A stretch of DNA of 64,000 nucleotides from Thalia democratica (lineage: Eukaryota), in contig OZ241833.1 of the NCBI GenBank assembly GCA_965202585.1, forward strand, positions 30,566,001-30,630,000, given 5' to 3'. The notes beneath the pieces are model-generated. The model was not told the DNA's origin, did not search any database, and saw only the letters and a program-made list of their open reading frames with translations. This document shows positions 49,601-60,119 of this stretch, one piece after another; position 1 is the stretch's first letter, and the number at the start of each line of letters is the position of its first letter. A program made the position numbers and the translations under genes.

Positions 49601-52600
49601 TTCGCGATTTAGTCTTTAGGCTTTTGCGGGACAATAAAAAGGTTGCTTTTAAACGAATGAAACAATCATATGCAATATTTGTAATAAAAAGTTTTTAATA
49701 GTTTTTTTGTAGCAATTCTAACAGAACTAAAAGATTTTGTATATTTTTCTCATAGTACTTTCATTTGGAACTTAAAGGAAAATTTTTAATAAGCATTCAT
49801 AAGACCTGTTTAAATGTAGTCTTAATTTTTAGAGTTAAACTAAACACAAGTATTTAAGAACACTATACTGATGTCTGATCATACTCTGTAAAAGTTTTAA
49901 GTTAAGTTTAAATAACCACTGAAGCCTTTTTCTGAAAAAATTCAATGTAGTTTCAAACAGTTACTTTACACGCTTTATTTTAATACAGATGTTATAAACA
50001 TACTGTATAACTTTTTCGACCTTTAAAACCAAACAAAAAGTTAATGATTCGTACAACCCTAAAACTGACATTGAAACTGACTAGATCTTTAGCCCAATTA
50101 TCTTTAATCTAAATAATAATCAATTGAGTTAATAATTGTTTAATTTTATAAGTTGTTTACTTTAGTCAAAAATTATCAATTAAAATATCATGACCAACCA
50201 ATCTTTAACCTAAACAACCAGTCAAGCTTATTTTTAGTCGTTGTATAGTTTATTCGAAGTTTATCAATTATAACGTAACAAACCAGGTCCTTGGCCTGCT
50301 GGCCGGTGCTCTTCAGCACGTCGATGTGCAGCTTCTTGATGTGCCGCTCGCAGTTCGCCTTGGTGGTGAACGGGTAATCGCACATCTTGCACTTGTACGG
50401 CCTGACTCCGGTGTGTGTGCGGTGGTGCCTGAAATAATGTAAAATAATTTTGAACAAGTGATGATGACACTCTTATATTTTAGATGTTTTTATTTTGGGT
50501 AAAAGTAAACGAAACACAGTAAAAAAGTGAAGAAAAATATTTAGCTGACACGTCTCTTTTTTCTTCGCTTTGTATAGTTTTGCGTTTTGTGTTAAGAAAA
50601 TATGCAAACGTAAGCTTTTTATTAAACACCAACAAATCTCCGCAAACATGTTTGCTACACAAATATTGCAACTATTAGTATGTAAAAAAACAGGCTTACT
50701 AAACCTAATTACTATTGTAAAGTAATTTCTAACCTTTGATATGGACTTTCTTACAATGTTTAAAACCAATAAAAACACAAGCAATTTATGTTATTGCGTA
50801 AACAATTTTTTTCTTATAAAAAAACCATTTTTATTAAACTACATACAATTGTTTGTACACTATTATAACAAATCAAAACACAACGCACCTGAGTATGGTG
50901 CTTTTCTCAAAAGACTCGTAGTCGCACACCTGGCAGCAGTAAACTTTTCGGTTGTTCCTTATCACAAGGTTGACGCTGTACTGGGAGAGGTCGGTCGCTT
51001 GCTGGTTCGCAGTGTTCACCGGTGCTGCTGTTATATTTATAATGTATATAACTGAGTCGGAAAATATATATATATAATTATGTCGCAAAACTGCTGTGAT
51101 AATGGGCGTTTTTATTGTTTTTCTATAAGTTTAATATTTTGTACTTTATTATTAATTGAAAAGGTTGATTGCTTGTTTACTAGTGCTGCTGGAAATTGCG
51201 ACAAAATAACAAAGTAAATTTTTAATCTGATACAGTCCAAGTTTTAGTTTCTGGTTTTGAAACAACGGGAGAATGGTAAAAACTAAACGTTTTTGTGGGG
51301 AGAAACTAAACAAAACTTGTGGTTGGGTAAAGCGTCTTACAGTCTACTTTAAACCAATAACATTAAAAATTGTGTTTCTGTGTTAAAACGATTAATAAAA
51401 CTATTTTATAAAAAATGTTGATGTTGAAACCGATTAGTTTCACAAATAAGTGGATGGAACTCATGACAAGTTTAGTTTCCAATTTAAAACTAGCCCGTGA
51501 GAATTTTGTGTTGCAATTCACAAGCAAGATCACGGATTTTAAAGCACCATTAAAAATATCATTAAAAGAGAAAACCCTTTTCTATGTCGCAATTTAGTTA
51601 TAACGCTATAAGATACACGTTTAAAACTATCAATTTAAAGAGAAAACTACCTCTTTTTCAAACATTTGTTCATAACTAATGGTGCCTTTTGCACTTACTA
51701 AAATTAAGCAAACTATTTTGGATTTTTGAAGCAATCACATTTGTTCGTTTAAAACTAATTGATGATAAAAATGTACCCAGTTTTTAAATTATACAAAAAC
51801 GAAATTATTTATACCTTTTTTTGTAGCACGGGATCAAACTAAATGATACTTATTTTAAAAACAAACAAATTTGTCTTACTACATTCAGCTACTTCATTTC
51901 TTCTCTTACCTTTTTTTGCTATTTTGTTTCTGTTCGACCTTCTAGTATACACTTTTGTACAAAAATATAGTTTTAGAATTTGCTTCGACTTACTTTTACT
52001 TTTATAACAAAATTAAACTTTTTGAAAACAAAGATAAATTTTCTTTTTTAAGTTGTACTTGATGCTAAAAAGATTTTAATAATTTTTTAAACTTAAATAA
52101 AAAACACGTATTATAAATGACTAACATTAAAAATCTTTTTTTTTGTAACTTAATAACCAATTAAAATTATTTTTAATAAAGTAATAATACTAATTTGAAC
52201 TCACTTGCACTTGGAGAGATGTATTTCTTTTCTGTTTAAAAAATAATTGTTATTATTTAATTTCTTTCGAGCTTGGTTTAAATTAAACTTTTTTATTTTA
52301 CAAAAAATGTTAATATCTATAAACTTAAAGATGAACAAAACCAAATTCATCCAAAGTGTTTTGAAACATTTTTTTATCATACATAACTTAAAAGAAAAAT
52401 TCTTAGAAACTTTATTTTTCTTTTAAATATAAATTAAAAGACAACGGTTAAGCTTATTAACAGATAAAAGTAGATTTTTGTTGTATAAGGGCAAGAAGTT
52501 TATCAAACAAATATTACATTCATCACAAACATAACTTGTTAACAAAAGAAGAAATTTAGTTTCACATAAACATAAGTATTTAAACAACAACTTTCAACTT

Positions 52601-55600
52601 ATTCACTCACACATACAGACTTAATTGTTAAAGTAATAGAGCTTGCTCACAAAGAAAATTAGATGTTTCTGATACTATTAAGGAAAATTTTTTAATTTTT
52701 ATAAAGTCTAATACACACAAAACTGCTTTTTGATAAAGCCAAAAGTATTTTTTTATCAGAAACAAAACTAATAAAAAGTTTGAATTGTAATACAGCGCCT
52801 GAGCTAATTCCCAAACAAATAGAAAAGCTGAATTTTTCAATTAAGCGTTCAGCAGAAGTTTTCCGTTTTGCACACGCACAAGACTCTAAAACGCTTGAGA
52901 GCGCCAAAGAATTGAGAAACTGTGCCTCTTTTAACTTGCTGCGCGCATGAATATTTAACCTTATAACAGAAGATCACAAAAAGCGATGGCTTGAAGCTGG
53001 CAATATTTTTGAATTTTTCGGGGAATTGTAAAAGTTATACAGTTTTAAGCTTCTGATACCCTTCGAGCCCGGCAACACATCAACAATACGTTTTAAAAGT
53101 TTATCGTGTATCATTTAAATTTATATTCCGTTAAATGTTTCATATAACTTTTAAACTGTAGATATCACTAAAAAGTGGGCTTATTTTTCTTATCAATAAA
53201 CTTAAAAACGAAATTACCCATCATTACCTTGGTTTATTGAGTAAAAGTATAATCAATGTGTTTATTGACCGATAAGTTTTATCTGCTACAAATACAAGCG
53301 TAATATGTAAACTCAAACAATTTTTTTTTAATAAGAGCTTATGAACGCTGCAACAGACTACGCCTAAAGTTTTGAGAAGACATTCAAGTTCTCGCTTCCA
53401 GACTTTGAAAGCGTCGATGAAAAATTGCAGTTCAGCGCTCAAACTTAAAATTATGCTGAACTCAGCAACTTTTAAAATTTGCGTTCAATTCTCAGCATTA
53501 TCACGACAGGTGTGTTTGGATGAAAGTCTCTGCTAATGCCAGTTGCTCTTACTAACTTTTTTCAACTCAAACACAAATTTGTGCTTTTTAAAGCACTTTT
53601 AATACTTGAACGAATATTTTTCTTTTTATTTAATAATATAAACTCGTAGTACACAAAATAAAGTTGTTTTATTTATACATTTAATTATTTATTAACTTCA
53701 ACGTGTTAAAGCTTTAACTTTAGGTTTCACTCAAATATTCAAATATAGCTACACTTATTTTGTAGATGCCAAAGGAATAAGTCATTTTAATCATCGTGAC
53801 ATTTAAAAGCAGAATACATTTCGAATCTATGCTTCTTATTTTTTTTGTATGCGAACTAGATTCTATTAAGTCTTTGTTTATTTTAAATTTAAAGCAAAAG
53901 TAAAATTACAACGTAGACCGGTGTTTCCGAACGAACTCCCAGTGATTTTAAACCAACCAAACCACTAAATTTTATACAAATCCCTACTAAATTCATTACA
54001 ATATTACGCATTTTGTTAAACTTTCTCAAATAACTACCAATCAATTAATCTCATAAAACACAATAAGTTTTAAAAAAATTTTTGTTTAAGAATATTAGAG
54101 TTACAAATACTTCAAAGTAAGAAAATTCTAAATCTTGTAACTCAAGAATGTAAAAAAATTGAGACTCACAAAACAATTTTGTAGCACTAAAAAGAAATCA
54201 AGATACGATCCATCATTTAAAATATACGAGATGAAATTTGCTTCGGGCTATTTAACATCAGGGATGCAGTTTGGTTAGAAGAAAGAAAAATTTGAAAGCA
54301 TTTGTCATCAACGAAGCAATTTTCATTTGCTATACAAAAGAAGTTTAAATACTTTTTTGAATACTTTTTTTTTTTTTTACATTTTTAATCTTTTTACCTG
54401 TATCAAAATTTCACAACTTTTGCTTATCAGGTTTGTATAGTATATATTTAATGTCAAAAAAGAATTCAACCCAACTTAGTTTTTACAGAAGTATAGTCAT
54501 GATCTAACTAGCTTCAAACTACATACAAAATGTTTTATTTATCAACAACCTCATAATTCAAATGATAGTAGCTTAGTAACTTTGAAGAAAAAACACAAAA
54601 GCCAATTAAAAACTGAAATGTGCCTACAATCAGAAGAATTTTATACTGAGCCGTTTTTCTAAGAACTTGCGGTGGCATTATTTCAGACTTAAGATGCTTG
54701 TGTATTTTTTAAACTTAGCACAACAAAGCTCTAATAAGTCCTAGAATTATCAAGTTTGAAAAATCAAATTAACTTTTTGCTAAAACATTATTTAGCGAAC
54801 CTTATTGTTGCTGCTAATTACTTTTTACAGCTTTTTACTGGTTTACAATTTACACGTTATAAAGTACGTCATGCAGTCCAGATTATATTGACCGGGCTGA
54901 TTTTTTAACTAATAATTACTTCAACAAATAATATTTTATATTAACTATGGTTCATAAAAAGCTTATTTTAACAAACCGCAATCTACTCATTGCATCTATT
55001 TAAATTCAATTCATTTACTTTAGTTTTAGTTAACTTATGTATAGTAAAAAATAACCAGGAGCAAAACAATTTATCCGTTCCCAACAAACCAAGCGGTATG
55101 ACTTTAGTAAGTACATAGAAACTAGTAATTAATGTTATTTACTTTTACATAACTTGCCATTTTTCTCTGTTGTACATTTTTTTTACTGAAAATTATAATA
55201 TATACTTTAAGCTGACCAGGTTAAAATTAATTGGTCCATGCACTGTTTATTTATTTTACTTTATTCTTAAAACACCAACTCGTTTCATATATGAAAAGAT
55301 ACATCAAGCTGCATATAATGTCTGGTTGCAACCCGCTATACTTTAATTTTACAGATAACACTCAGGCACACATAAAAATAACTTATCTACTTTTATTAAT
55401 ACAACTTTTAATTATTTTATCAATTAAGTCTTTAACTAGTGGGTCTTCTGGAATTTTTAAACACACTATATCCGTAAAACTTTCAAATCACCTTTTTGAC
55501 TACAGTTTACTATCTGATAAACAATTTGGTTTTGTCCCCAACCGCTCGTCAAATATTCAACTATCAAACTAGGACAATAATGTTAATGATAACACCTACT

Positions 55601-58600
55601 AATAACTTACACCTGCTAATAGCTTAGCTACTTTTGTATAAATTCAAAATACAAACCAGGAACGACAATCTGTCCGTCCTCCTTGTTTCGCATCCACCCG
55701 GGCAACTTGTGGAATCCTGGCGGCGGTGACGTCAGCACGTAGTCGTTGTTGGTGCCGTACCTGATGTCTGCACGCACCGGCTCCACAAAGGTTTCTGTGC
55801 GAATGGAAAGTTGATAAATGTTAAAAAAATCACAAAATTTTATTGGCTCTATTGGTTTTGTATGTATAAAAACAACTTGTTTGTTGAAATTTTACTGTTT
55901 CAGTTGGTTCTGAGTTAATAAACAAAAAGTTAATTAACTAGCTCATGTTAAAATAGCTTGATAACTTAACTTCACTTTGTATGGTTTTAGTTGTGTTGTT
56001 GGTATCGACAAAATAGAGTATAAAGATTGTAAAGAAAATAAAAAAAAATGTGTGTTAGTATAAGATTAAATTTAAATTCAAAAAAATCTATAAGAATTGA
56101 TGTTAAATAAAAATTTAAATAGGAGTGTAAATCTGCGAGCACAAACTGAAAACTTCTCAAAGAAGTGCAAATGAGGTCCAAAAAAGCAAAAGAAACAACA
56201 GCTGTGACCACAACAAAAAAAGGACTTAAATAATCCAAAATCTTATAACAAAAAGACCAATAAGATACTGAGTGAAAATTCTACGAACTTGTGATTAAAT
56301 ATTTGTAACACGAATGAGTCGCTGTTAATTTGCTATACATTTTCATTTAAAAAAACGAATTTTTATTGGTAGCAAATCGTTTTTTCTCGTGACAAGATTG
56401 CGTGCCAAGCTTAGCACGAAGTGAAGATTTTCGAAGAAAAAATCCTTAGCACGCTGACATTTTCTTTGCTTCTTTACAAAACTCGTGATATTTTAGCTCG
56501 TTCGATTTGTCGCGACTTTTTATATTAGTTTTAAGAAGATGTGCAGTAGATTACTTATACAACTTACTAAAAAATTATTCTAATATATCTTTTGTTATTA
56601 GTTATGTAAATTAACACCTAACTTTATTCGGAAACATTTATTAATCAAAAAGAAATTTTAAGAAATAAATAAATGTCATTACACAAACCTTGTTTTAGCA
56701 CAACTTAGACAGCAACTTCATTTATAAGCTATTTAATTATTGACAAGTTATAAATAATTATGTTTTAAAAACAAGAAATCACCAACCTTGTCTCACTTTC
56801 TTCCTCGGCACCAAGCCCAGCAACTTGGCCATCTCCGGCGTCAGGTTCGTGTCTTTCGGAAAACTTTCCTCTTCCTCGCGCTCGACCGTCACCACGGGTT
56901 TCGGGGGCTCGCCGGTGGTGGCGCTGTGGCACAGGGCGGGGTGCTTCAGGTTGAAGTGCTCGTTGAGAGTGGCGAGCGTCGGGAAGTTCAATTCGCATAT
57001 CTTGCATATGAACACGTTGTGGCCGGTCTTGTCCATCAGCAGGTGGGGGTCGTCGGTGCACACGGTCTGTTCGGTCGGTTGATGTAATATATTTACTTAC
57101 TTGATTTTGTTAAATTTTATTTGGTCAACTTCATTTTTCAACTGGTGCACACACCGGTTGTGTATTCCGTTGATAAATTAGAAAAAATTTATGTGTCAAG
57201 AGATCTAAATTCCAAATTTCTTTTTTTTTAATTTTTAATAAAGATGCTAACATAAACGTTCCATAAATTTAATGCAAGCTAAACTGCTGCTGGTTTTGAA
57301 AAACGCTTTGTAAATTTTTTAAGTCAAGCTTATCTTTCGAGATGTTACTTGTGTAGATTAAATACCAATGCCAAACATTGGCCAAGTAGCAGAAGAAGGC
57401 TAGGATTTTTTAATAACTGTGCAAAGTTTCGACTACAAATTAAGATTTAAATACTTTTTAGTAATCTTATAACAAACTAATTACTTTTATTGATAACTAA
57501 GTAAACAAAGAATTAAAACAAGTTAACAATAAGCTACCTTCAAAAATATATATCAATAGCATTTGTTTTTTTAAATTTTCAAATTAGAAATAAAACAAAC
57601 AACCTCGGCCAGCCTGGGAAAGACTTCCGCCGAAAACTCGAAGTCCGCCAGATCTCCGAAACCGTGAATGTAATCCGACTTCTTGTACTTCTTCGGCGCT
57701 ATCTTCGGCAGCTGGAACGCCTTCTCCTGCTTGACGTTTGAAGCGCTCTTATTGGCTGGTTTCTGGTTTTGCACGTTCCGGGTGGTCGCGCTTCGCCTTT
57801 CTCTGGGCACAAACGGCTCTATGGCGTTTATCGTTTCAGTTGTTTCTGCGCCGTTTTCTACGATTTCATTTGTTGTTTCAAAGCTTCCTTGTCTTTGATT
57901 GGCCGCGTCAATGGTCTCTGTACTTTCGTTGGCTGCTTCATTTTGATTATCAGCTTCTTGGCTTGCACCAGCAGTCTCTGTGATTTCTTGGTCAACATCA
58001 TTTATCTCTGGCTTTATATCATCATCATCAAACTCGACTATCTGAAGATCGCCAATCGAATCGTCCAAATTTAAATTTAAATCCAGATCTCCACTTGTGT
58101 TATTTTCTATTTCTCCATATGTGTTATATTCTGTTTGACCATTTGTGTTACTTTCTGTTTCTCTATTTAGATTTAAATCCAGATCTCCATTTGTGTTATT
58201 TTCTATTTCTCCATTTGTGTTACTTTCTGTTTCTCCTCCATTAGTGTTATTTTCTGTTTCTCCATTTGTGTTATTTTCCTCTATGATCAAACTGACTTTT
58301 CTACCGGGTTTGATGTTTCCGTTTTTGTTTGTTTCTTTTACCTGCTCAACTTCTTCATTTGGTTTATCTTCCTCGTTTGTGCTCAATTCTTGGTTTGTGT
58401 TATTTTCTTCAATCATTTCGACTTCTCCGTTTGTTTTGTTTTCTCCACTTGGAACAATTCCAATAACATCACCTGTGGCAGGAACATTTTCTTCTTTTAT
58501 TCTCGTCACAGAAACTTTATCTTTGTTTTCGTTGACATGAAAATTTTCAGTGCTCGTTTTCTCGAATGCCTCTTTTACTATTTCGACATTGGGAATTTTC

Positions 58601-58818
58601 CTTCCGTTCACACCCTCGTCCGTTTCCATGGCAACCACCCCGTTCTCCTTCAGGGGGGCCGGACGCTCCGTGGCGCCATTTTCCTCCCCGACTTCCATTT
58701 TCACTTTGCCAGCCTCTGATTGGTTCATTTGCTCGCTTCTTATTCCTGATTGGTTGTCTTCCGCGGGCGTCATTGTGACGTCATAGGGAAGTTGGTTTGA
58801 CGACAGTTCGTTGCTCAT
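34239..58818 (-). CDS. RREB1: RREB1/Hindsight(pebbled)-like multi-C2H2 zinc-finger transcription factor; 25 coding exons, 4869 nt, about 1622 aa, 10 dispersed fingers
   Basis: All 24 introns are GT-AG with consistent phases. The finger pair [33 protein letters not shown] carries the [10 protein letters not shown] signature I recall from Hindsight/RREB1; related fingers [40 protein letters not shown]. Orthology not tested. Confidence 0.75.
35905..36038 (-). CDS. Zinc-finger gene exon 24 (finger 9 and start of finger 10)
   Basis: attaaag|AAC CAA...TCA AA|gtaaat. Confidence 0.88.
37523..38275. mobile_element. Degenerate element bounded by GGGTTGCCAC inverted ends
   Basis: cacgggttgccac (37523) and gtggcaacccttg (38263-38275); no clear TSD. 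Confidence 0.4.
38337..38498 (-). CDS. Zinc-finger gene exon 23
   Basis: taaatag|CCG GAA...AGC AAA|gtgggt. Confidence 0.82.
39226..39411 (-). CDS. Zinc-finger gene exon 22 (finger 8)
   Basis: cgcgcag|GAG TAC AAG TGC...GAC GAG|gtcggt. Confidence 0.9.
39818..40090 (-). CDS. Zinc-finger gene exon 21 (Pro/Thr-rich, basic patch PPAKKYR)
   Basis: tccacag|CAA CTT...GCA AAG|gtaaaa. Confidence 0.87.
40358..40462 (-). CDS. Zinc-finger gene exon 20 (finger 7)
   Basis: gcaacag|AAA TAC TTG TGC...TTC AAG|gtgagg. Confidence 0.9.
40602..40745 (-). CDS. Zinc-finger gene exon 19 (Ser/Asp-rich)
   Basis: atttcag|GAC GAG...GTT AAG|gtttga. Confidence 0.82.
42305..42330 (+). mobile_element. Possible Helitron 3' terminus
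   Basis: cacgtggccgggtaaCTAGT resembles GC-rich subterminal motif plus CTAG; hairpin weak, no 5' end found. Confidence 0.35.
43129..43302 (-). CDS. Zinc-finger gene exon 18 (acidic, internally repetitive VAMEE units)
   Basis: tgcacag|GTC CAG...CAG CAG|gtttgt; 58 codons. Confidence 0.82.
43671..43779 (-). CDS. Zinc-finger gene exon 17 (end of finger 6, [15 protein letters not shown])
   Basis: ttcgcag|G TTC ACG...GAA CAG|gtaata. Confidence 0.9.
44246..44429 (-). CDS. Zinc-finger gene exon 16 (variant finger 5 and start of finger 6)
   Basis: tcaacag|GG CCT...ATT AG|gtgaga. Confidence 0.87.
44702..44781 (-). CDS. Zinc-finger gene exon 15
   Basis: caatcag|G GAG AAG...TCA A|gttagt. Confidence 0.78.
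45056..45108 (-). CDS. Zinc-finger gene exon 14
   Basis: atttcag|TCT TCG ATG...AAA AA|gttagt. Confidence 0.75.
45297..45367 (-). CDS. Zinc-finger gene exon 13
   Basis: ttttaag|GT ACT...ATT CAG|gtattt. Confidence 0.78.
45529..45600 (-). CDS. Zinc-finger gene exon 12
   Basis: tgtacag|GT GCT...AAA A|gttaga. Confidence 0.75.
45985..46086 (-). CDS. Zinc-finger gene exon 11
   Basis: ttcacag|GA TTC...GCC G|gtattt. Confidence 0.8.
46295..46420 (-). CDS. Zinc-finger gene exon 10
   Basis: ttttcag|CC AAT CAG...TCA G|gtagtc. Confidence 0.8.
47409..47574 (-). CDS. Zinc-finger gene exon 9
   Basis: ttatcag|TAC CAA...AAC G|gtttgt. Confidence 0.82.
47873..48024 (-). CDS. Zinc-finger gene exon 8
   Basis: ctattag|CA GAG...GAT GTG|gtcggt; donor chosen to match phase 0 of the next exon. 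Confidence 0.75.
48321..48472 (-). CDS. Zinc-finger gene exon 7 (finger 4 [22 protein letters not shown])
   Basis: ccccacag|T TCG AAG TGC...AGC G|gtttgt. Confidence 0.9.
48695..48810 (-). CDS. Zinc-finger gene exon 6
   Basis: tatgcag|GTA TCA...TAC AG|gtttga. Confidence 0.82.
49496..49520. promoter_or_regulatory. Intronic ETS + AP-1 + ATF motif cluster
   Basis: CCGGAAGT (49496), TGACTCA (49503) and TGACGTAA (49513) within 25 bp; not a phase-compatible exon. Confidence 0.6.
50284..50428 (-). CDS. Zinc-finger gene exon 5 (TGVRP linker and finger 3)
   Basis: atttcag|G CAC CAC...GAC CTG|gtttgt. Confidence 0.93.
50889..51027 (-). CDS. Zinc-finger gene exon 4 (start of finger 2, [16 protein letters not shown])
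   Basis: ataacag|CA GCA (NAGNAG alternative at 51024)...CTC AG|gtgcgt; phase 1 to 2. Confidence 0.85.
55050..55600 (+). mobile_element. Decayed non-LTR retrotransposon (CR1/L2/Jockey-like) reverse transcriptase fragment
   Basis: [45 protein letters not shown] resembles the LINE RT block PISLTS...L.NHL...LLS..QFGF..GRST..QL; upstream PNKPSG resembles NKSPGPD. Confidence 0.7.
55657..55794 (-). CDS. Zinc-finger gene exon 3
   Basis: cgcacag|AA ACC TTT...CCT G|gtttgt; phase 1 to 1. Confidence 0.85.
56787..57066 (-). CDS. Zinc-finger gene exon 2 (finger 1 [22 protein letters not shown])
   Basis: gaacag|ACC GTG...CAA G|gttggt; phase 0 to 1. Confidence 0.9.
57604..58818 (-). CDS. Zinc-finger gene coding exon 1 (acidic low-complexity N-terminus with NNTNGE repeats)
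   Basis: Acceptor ctcaacag at 58826, ATG 58818, donor GCC GAG|gttgtt; 405 codons. Confidence 0.85.
58070..58290 (-). repeat. Coding tandem repeat (E-x-E-N/S-N-T-N-G units; duplicated [16 protein letters not shown] block)
   Basis: Repeated tttctccatttgtgtta units; atttaaatccagatctcca occurs twice. Confidence 0.85.
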
Positions 58819-60119
58819 CCAATAACTGTTGAGAATTAATTTTTAGTTTTTCACATTACATAGTGCAATAAAGTATTTTCAGGTGAACTAATTGGTTTAA
58901 ATCAGTAGTATATTTATTCTAAGTTGTTGTATATCCTATATTTTATGAATATAACTAACACAACTTGTCCAGCACACACATTTACAAATATATTCATATT
59001 TAATTTTTTTTTATAAATAATAAGTCTTTAGTTAAGCTACAGTTTAAATGTGTAACTTTAACTACTATTTTTTCAATGAGAAGAAATTGTGGGGCTTAAA
59101 AGTTAGAAAGTTGAAATATTTGATCTTGAATTAATTAATTTTTTAATTTAATATCATTTGTACTATATTTAATGATATTGTTTCTAATGCAAAATATGTA
59201 TTATACTTTATGATTAGATGTTCTGTATTTTATTAGGATTCAACCTTAAGTTTAAAATAGATATAACCATATTATATCTTTATCTATAACATTAATTAAT
59301 TGTTAATTTAATTTAGCATGTACCTCTTCTATTCGATCTTACTGGTGTACTGATAAGCTTACAAGTAGAAACTACAATAAAAATCAAACAAACTTTTAGA
59401 AAAGTGAGTGAAAAATAAAGTTATATTACGATAAACGTTTTGAATTAAACTTACAAGCAACTGTGAAAATTACTGTGAAATATTTTTTGTAAAGATTTGA
59501 AGTGAAAAATACAATAATGCCTAAGCTTAAAACAAAAACATTAAGTTTTTATTTTAATTATTAAAACCTTATTCACTTTTGAAGCTTTTTTTCTGTTTTA
59601 TACTTCAGTAACTTTAAGCTTTTTCTTTAACTATTTTTCAAAAAACTTTAGACTTGAAGCTTAGAATTAGAGTTTGCATTTTGGTAAACAACAACATAGT
59701 TATGTAGCATTTTTGTGTTGCTGGTCATTGTTATTTTATTTAAACTTGTTTTAAACAGGACCAAAACAAGCAAGTAAACTGAGAGGCTGCTGACAAATTT
59801 TACAACTTTTTAACTAAGATGTAAAAACAGACTACTGCTTAAAATAGCTTATCAAGTAGTTTGACGAAAGATTTTAGTACTTGTCAAAGTTTAAATGAAC
59901 TTAATATTACGATGTTATTAAAAACAAACGGTAAAAAACATTTAGGTTGGCTTAATTTTATTTTTTAAATCAGACTAAAAGAAATAAAACTTTATTTGGG
60001 AATCGTTTGATGGCCAGTGTCTAAATAAAAAGCATAAAAAAATTTAAAACTTATCAGGAAAACTCGTTTCTTTAAAATCAAATCTTTCAAATTCACTTCA
60101 ATAACTTGTAAAACAAAAT

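Noticed and set aside
34230-58786. Plus-strand ORFs overlapping zinc-finger exons (34230, 38263, 39233, 39820-40112, 44249, 56788, 57683-58786)
   Set aside because: Antisense shadows of GC-rich or repetitive exons; codon pattern and splice sites support only the minus strand.
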